From Candidatus Hydrogenedentota bacterium (GTDB lineage Bacteria; Hydrogenedentota; Hydrogenedentia; Hydrogenedentales; SLHB01), in NCBI GenBank assembly GCA_963745075.1, contig CAVUWV010000013.1, positions 32,001 through 96,000 on the forward strand: DNA of 64,000 nt, written 5' to 3'. Position 1 is the first letter of the stretch, and the number at the start of each line of letters is the position of its first letter. Of the stretch, positions 61,749-64,000 are shown one piece after another. Both the position numbers and the translations under genes were made by a program. A model generated the notes under the pieces. That model was not told the origin of the DNA. It searched no databases and saw only the letters and a list, made by a program, of their open reading frames with translations.

Positions 61749-63103
61749 CAGTGCCGATAGATTTTGGCCAACCTGCCGCGGTAATCCGGATGGGCGAGCG
61801 ACACGGCGGCCTGACACGCGGCCAGCGCTACCGACGTATCGGTGCTCTCGATGACCGGCTGACAAACCGGCAGCAGGGCGCGCAGATCTAGTTGGGCAAT
61901 CAGGCTGAGCACGAGATAGTTAATCTGGGGCATGCCGATGCGTAGCAGCTCCTGAAACACGCTGATGTTGGTCCGGTCGCCCGCTTCGATTAGGGCCGCA
62001 GTAGCTTGGGCTCGGTGCGTCAGAACCTCCTGATACGGATCGTATCGTTGCGCCAACCGATCCCGCAGGATCTGCATGGCCTTGGGATCGCCTTCGCGCG
62101 CCAGGATGATCGCTGAATCAAACTCCAGAGACGGTATATTCAACATTTCATCGCGCATCAACTTCGTGCCCAAGGGATCCCCGAGCGCATGGAGAACGCG
62201 AACGATACGAAACCGCGCGCGACCCTCCGCATTCTTCAATTCCGCCTTCAACGGGTCGATGACATCCTGCCCACCCAGCGTGATGAGTGCGTTCGCTGCG
62301 GCATTGGCCTTGTCCTCATTCCGTTCGGTGATTAATTGCAGCAGCGTCGGGATGATCTCGCGATCCCCCAGCCACGCCAGCGCATCCATGGCGGGCACCG
62401 AAATATCCGATGCCCGGTCCTGCAACATCTGATGAAGTTGGGCTTTGCCCGTGGGGTCCTGTGTCAAACCGGCCAACCGCGCCGCGCTCGCCCGAACCAA
62501 CCGGTCGCCGCTGTCGAGTCCTCGCGACACCAACTCCCCGGTCGGCGGAGGAGACCCCGCCAGGACGAGGTGGTGCGCCGCCTCCAGGGCGGTGCGAAGG
62601 TCGTTGCCCGTTGCGAGCGTATCCAGATACTCCAAAGCCATCTGTTTCTGCTCGTCATTACCGCCCACCGCGATGACTTCCGCGGCCATCATGCGAAGCG
62701 GTTGGTTTCCCGCTGTGGCGTCGAAAATCTCGCTCGCGCGCTCCACCGCCCGTTGGACCACCTGCTGCTGTTCGGGCGTGAGCCCCCGGTCCACCAACGG
62801 ATCGAGCCGTTTGACCGTGATGACGCTACCCTGAACCTGAATCTCCTTCACGTCGGAAATCAGGTAATGGTTCAGTTGACCGGATTCCGACTCGACCGAA
62901 AGAATATTGTTGTCAACGCTTTGAATCCTCAGATTTGGATCCTTCGCTCCGGAATCTTTCAAGACTACAGTTACCAGCGTGTCGGTGCCTGCGATGTCCT
63001 TCAGACGCGCACCCTTTCCGCCGACGATCGGAACCTGAGCGCTCGCGACCGTGGCCACGGCCGCAATCACAACGGTTGCCAGCAATTTCCTCGTCACTAT
63101 CAT
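61748..63103 (-). CDS. exported HEAT/PBS-lyase repeat protein
   Basis: Signal peptide; repeated helical units (VRASAARLAG, AMDALAWLGD, AANALITLG). Confidence 0.75.
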   Translation of the reverse strand: MIVTRKLLATVVIAAVATVASAQVPIVGGKGARLKDIAGTDTLVTVVLKDSGAKDPNLRIQSVDNNILSVESESGQLNHYLISDVKEIQVQGSVITVKRLDPLVDRGLTPEQQQVVQRAVERASEIFDATAGNQPLRMMAAEVIAVGGNDEQKQMALEYLDTLATGNDLRTALEAAHHLVLAGSPPPTGELVSRGLDSGDRLVRASAARLAGLTQDPTGKAQLHQMLQDRASDISVPAMDALAWLGDREIIPTLLQLITERNEDKANAAANALITLGGQDVIDPLKAELKNAEGRARFRIVRVLHALGDPLGTKLMRDEMLNIPSLEFDSAIILAREGDPKAMQILRDRLAQRYDPYQEVLTHRAQATAALIEAGDRTNISVFQELLRIGMPQINYLVLSLIAQLDLRALLPVCQPVIESTDTSVALAACQAAVSLAHPDYRGRLAKIYRH

Positions 63104-63131
63104 GGATTCCTCCCGGATTGCGTGTGTTTCG

Positions 63132-64000
63132 CTAGTGCAGTTCCAGATGTTCCTCTCGGATCACGCGGTCCAAAAACTTTCTCGCCGCATCCAGAGAGGG
63201 CACCAGCGGGTTTATCGTTAGCGCTTGAAGTGCGCATTCGTACGACTTGTGCCGAATGGATTCGATGGTAAGGCGGTCGCTTTCCTTGACCGACTGAAAG
63301 AGGCCTTTCAAGAATCGGGGGCAATTCCCGACCTTGCGCGGTTTGATCCCTTTCTTGGAAATCTGCACCGGAATCTCGACGCTGCAGTCATCGCCCAAAT
63401 CCCGGATCGCCCCATTGTTCCGCACGCAGAGGATGGTGTTGGTTTCCTTTTTTCCTTCCAGGGCAACGATCAGCGGAACGATCGTCTCTTCATACCAAAC
63501 CGCATTGCGCGCGCGGGTGAGTTCGGGAACTTCCGAAAGCGATTCGTCCTGGTACAGCTTGAGAATCTGCTGTTCGGCGTGATGCAGCACTTCTGCGCGG
63601 AACCGCGCACACGCTTGTTGCCGTTTGAGGATCTCATCTTGATGGAAATAGAGACTGGTCGTTCTGGTCGGGATCATGCGGAACAACTCGATCAGCGCGT
63701 TGTCGAACCCGTCGTCCTTTTCCGATTCAAGACGCTCCAGGATTCGCGCCATACAACTGCGGCCTTCGGCCTTGACGTCCTGAATCCACCCCATGTGATT
63801 GAGGCCGATGTAGTCGATCGTCAGTTCCGCTATGTCCTGCCGGAGCAGTTCCGCCATCTTCTTCATATAAGCGCCCGGGAGATCGCATACACCCAGGACG
63901 TTCAACTTCGAGTATTTGATCAGGGCCTCGACGCAGACGCCCATGGGATTCGTAAGGTTGATAAACGTCGTATCCGGATTGATCGCTTCGATTCGGGTTG
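63132..64000 (-). CDS. glycoside hydrolase family 4 (6-phospho-beta-glucosidase-like), 5' end outside the window
   Basis: INLTNPMG, GVCDLP, GLNHMGW, NNGAI, ALTINPLV motifs. Confidence 0.88.
   Translation of the reverse strand, partial: TRIEAINPDTTFINLTNPMGVCVEALIKYSKLNVLGVCDLPGAYMKKMAELLRQDIAELTIDYIGLNHMGWIQDVKAEGRSCMARILERLESEKDDGFDNALIELFRMIPTRTTSLYFHQDEILKRQQACARFRAEVLHHAEQQILKLYQDESLSEVPELTRARNAVWYEETIVPLIVALEGKKETNTILCVRNNGAIRDLGDDCSVEIPVQISKKGIKPRKVGNCPRFLKGLFQSVKESDRLTIESIRHKSYECALQALTINPLVPSLDAARKFLDRVIREEHLELH

Overview
GC-rich bacterial chromosomal window, probably Ca. Hydrogenedentes or a PVC-like lineage (inferred from two DUF1559 proteins with the [27 protein letters not shown] motif and from the style of the intergenic repeats). 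The left part is housekeeping and metabolism: TolC, sialate O-acetylesterase, acyl-CoA dehydrogenase, two Gfo/Idh/MocA enzymes, SlyD, GT4, a Zn-ribbon/Ser-Thr kinase/TPR/WD40 protein, udk, tyrS, the tRNA Thr-Tyr-Gly-Thr-tuf-tRNA Trp-secE-nusG-rplK-rplA cluster followed by metK, and an OmpR-type two-component system. The standout is a visibly AT-richer operon at about 28.6-36.4 kb encoding what looks like a complete eukaryote-style, membrane-associated ubiquitination pathway: a Ubl ending GG plus a 4-aa extension, E1, a membrane-anchored JAB peptidase, a polytopic membrane FHA protein, three membrane-anchored prokaryotic RING proteins (one fused to a trypsin-like protease), an E2 with HPN and catalytic Cys fused to Cys-rich repeats, and DUF2752. 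Many of these genes are split by about 13-14 small indels, so the ORF track hides their architecture. The right part holds carbohydrate and sulfatase modules with DUF1559 proteins, an intact IS630 inserted into one copy of a 60-bp direct repeat, an orphan frameshifted BrnA antitoxin next to a REP-like inverted pair, tRNA-Asp, and small ORFs. Unannotated small genes include a tandem paralogous pair of hydrophobic peptides at 8.2-8.4 kb and a 40-aa amphipathic peptide gene at 59.4 kb. All calls are by eye from motifs; no database searches were run.
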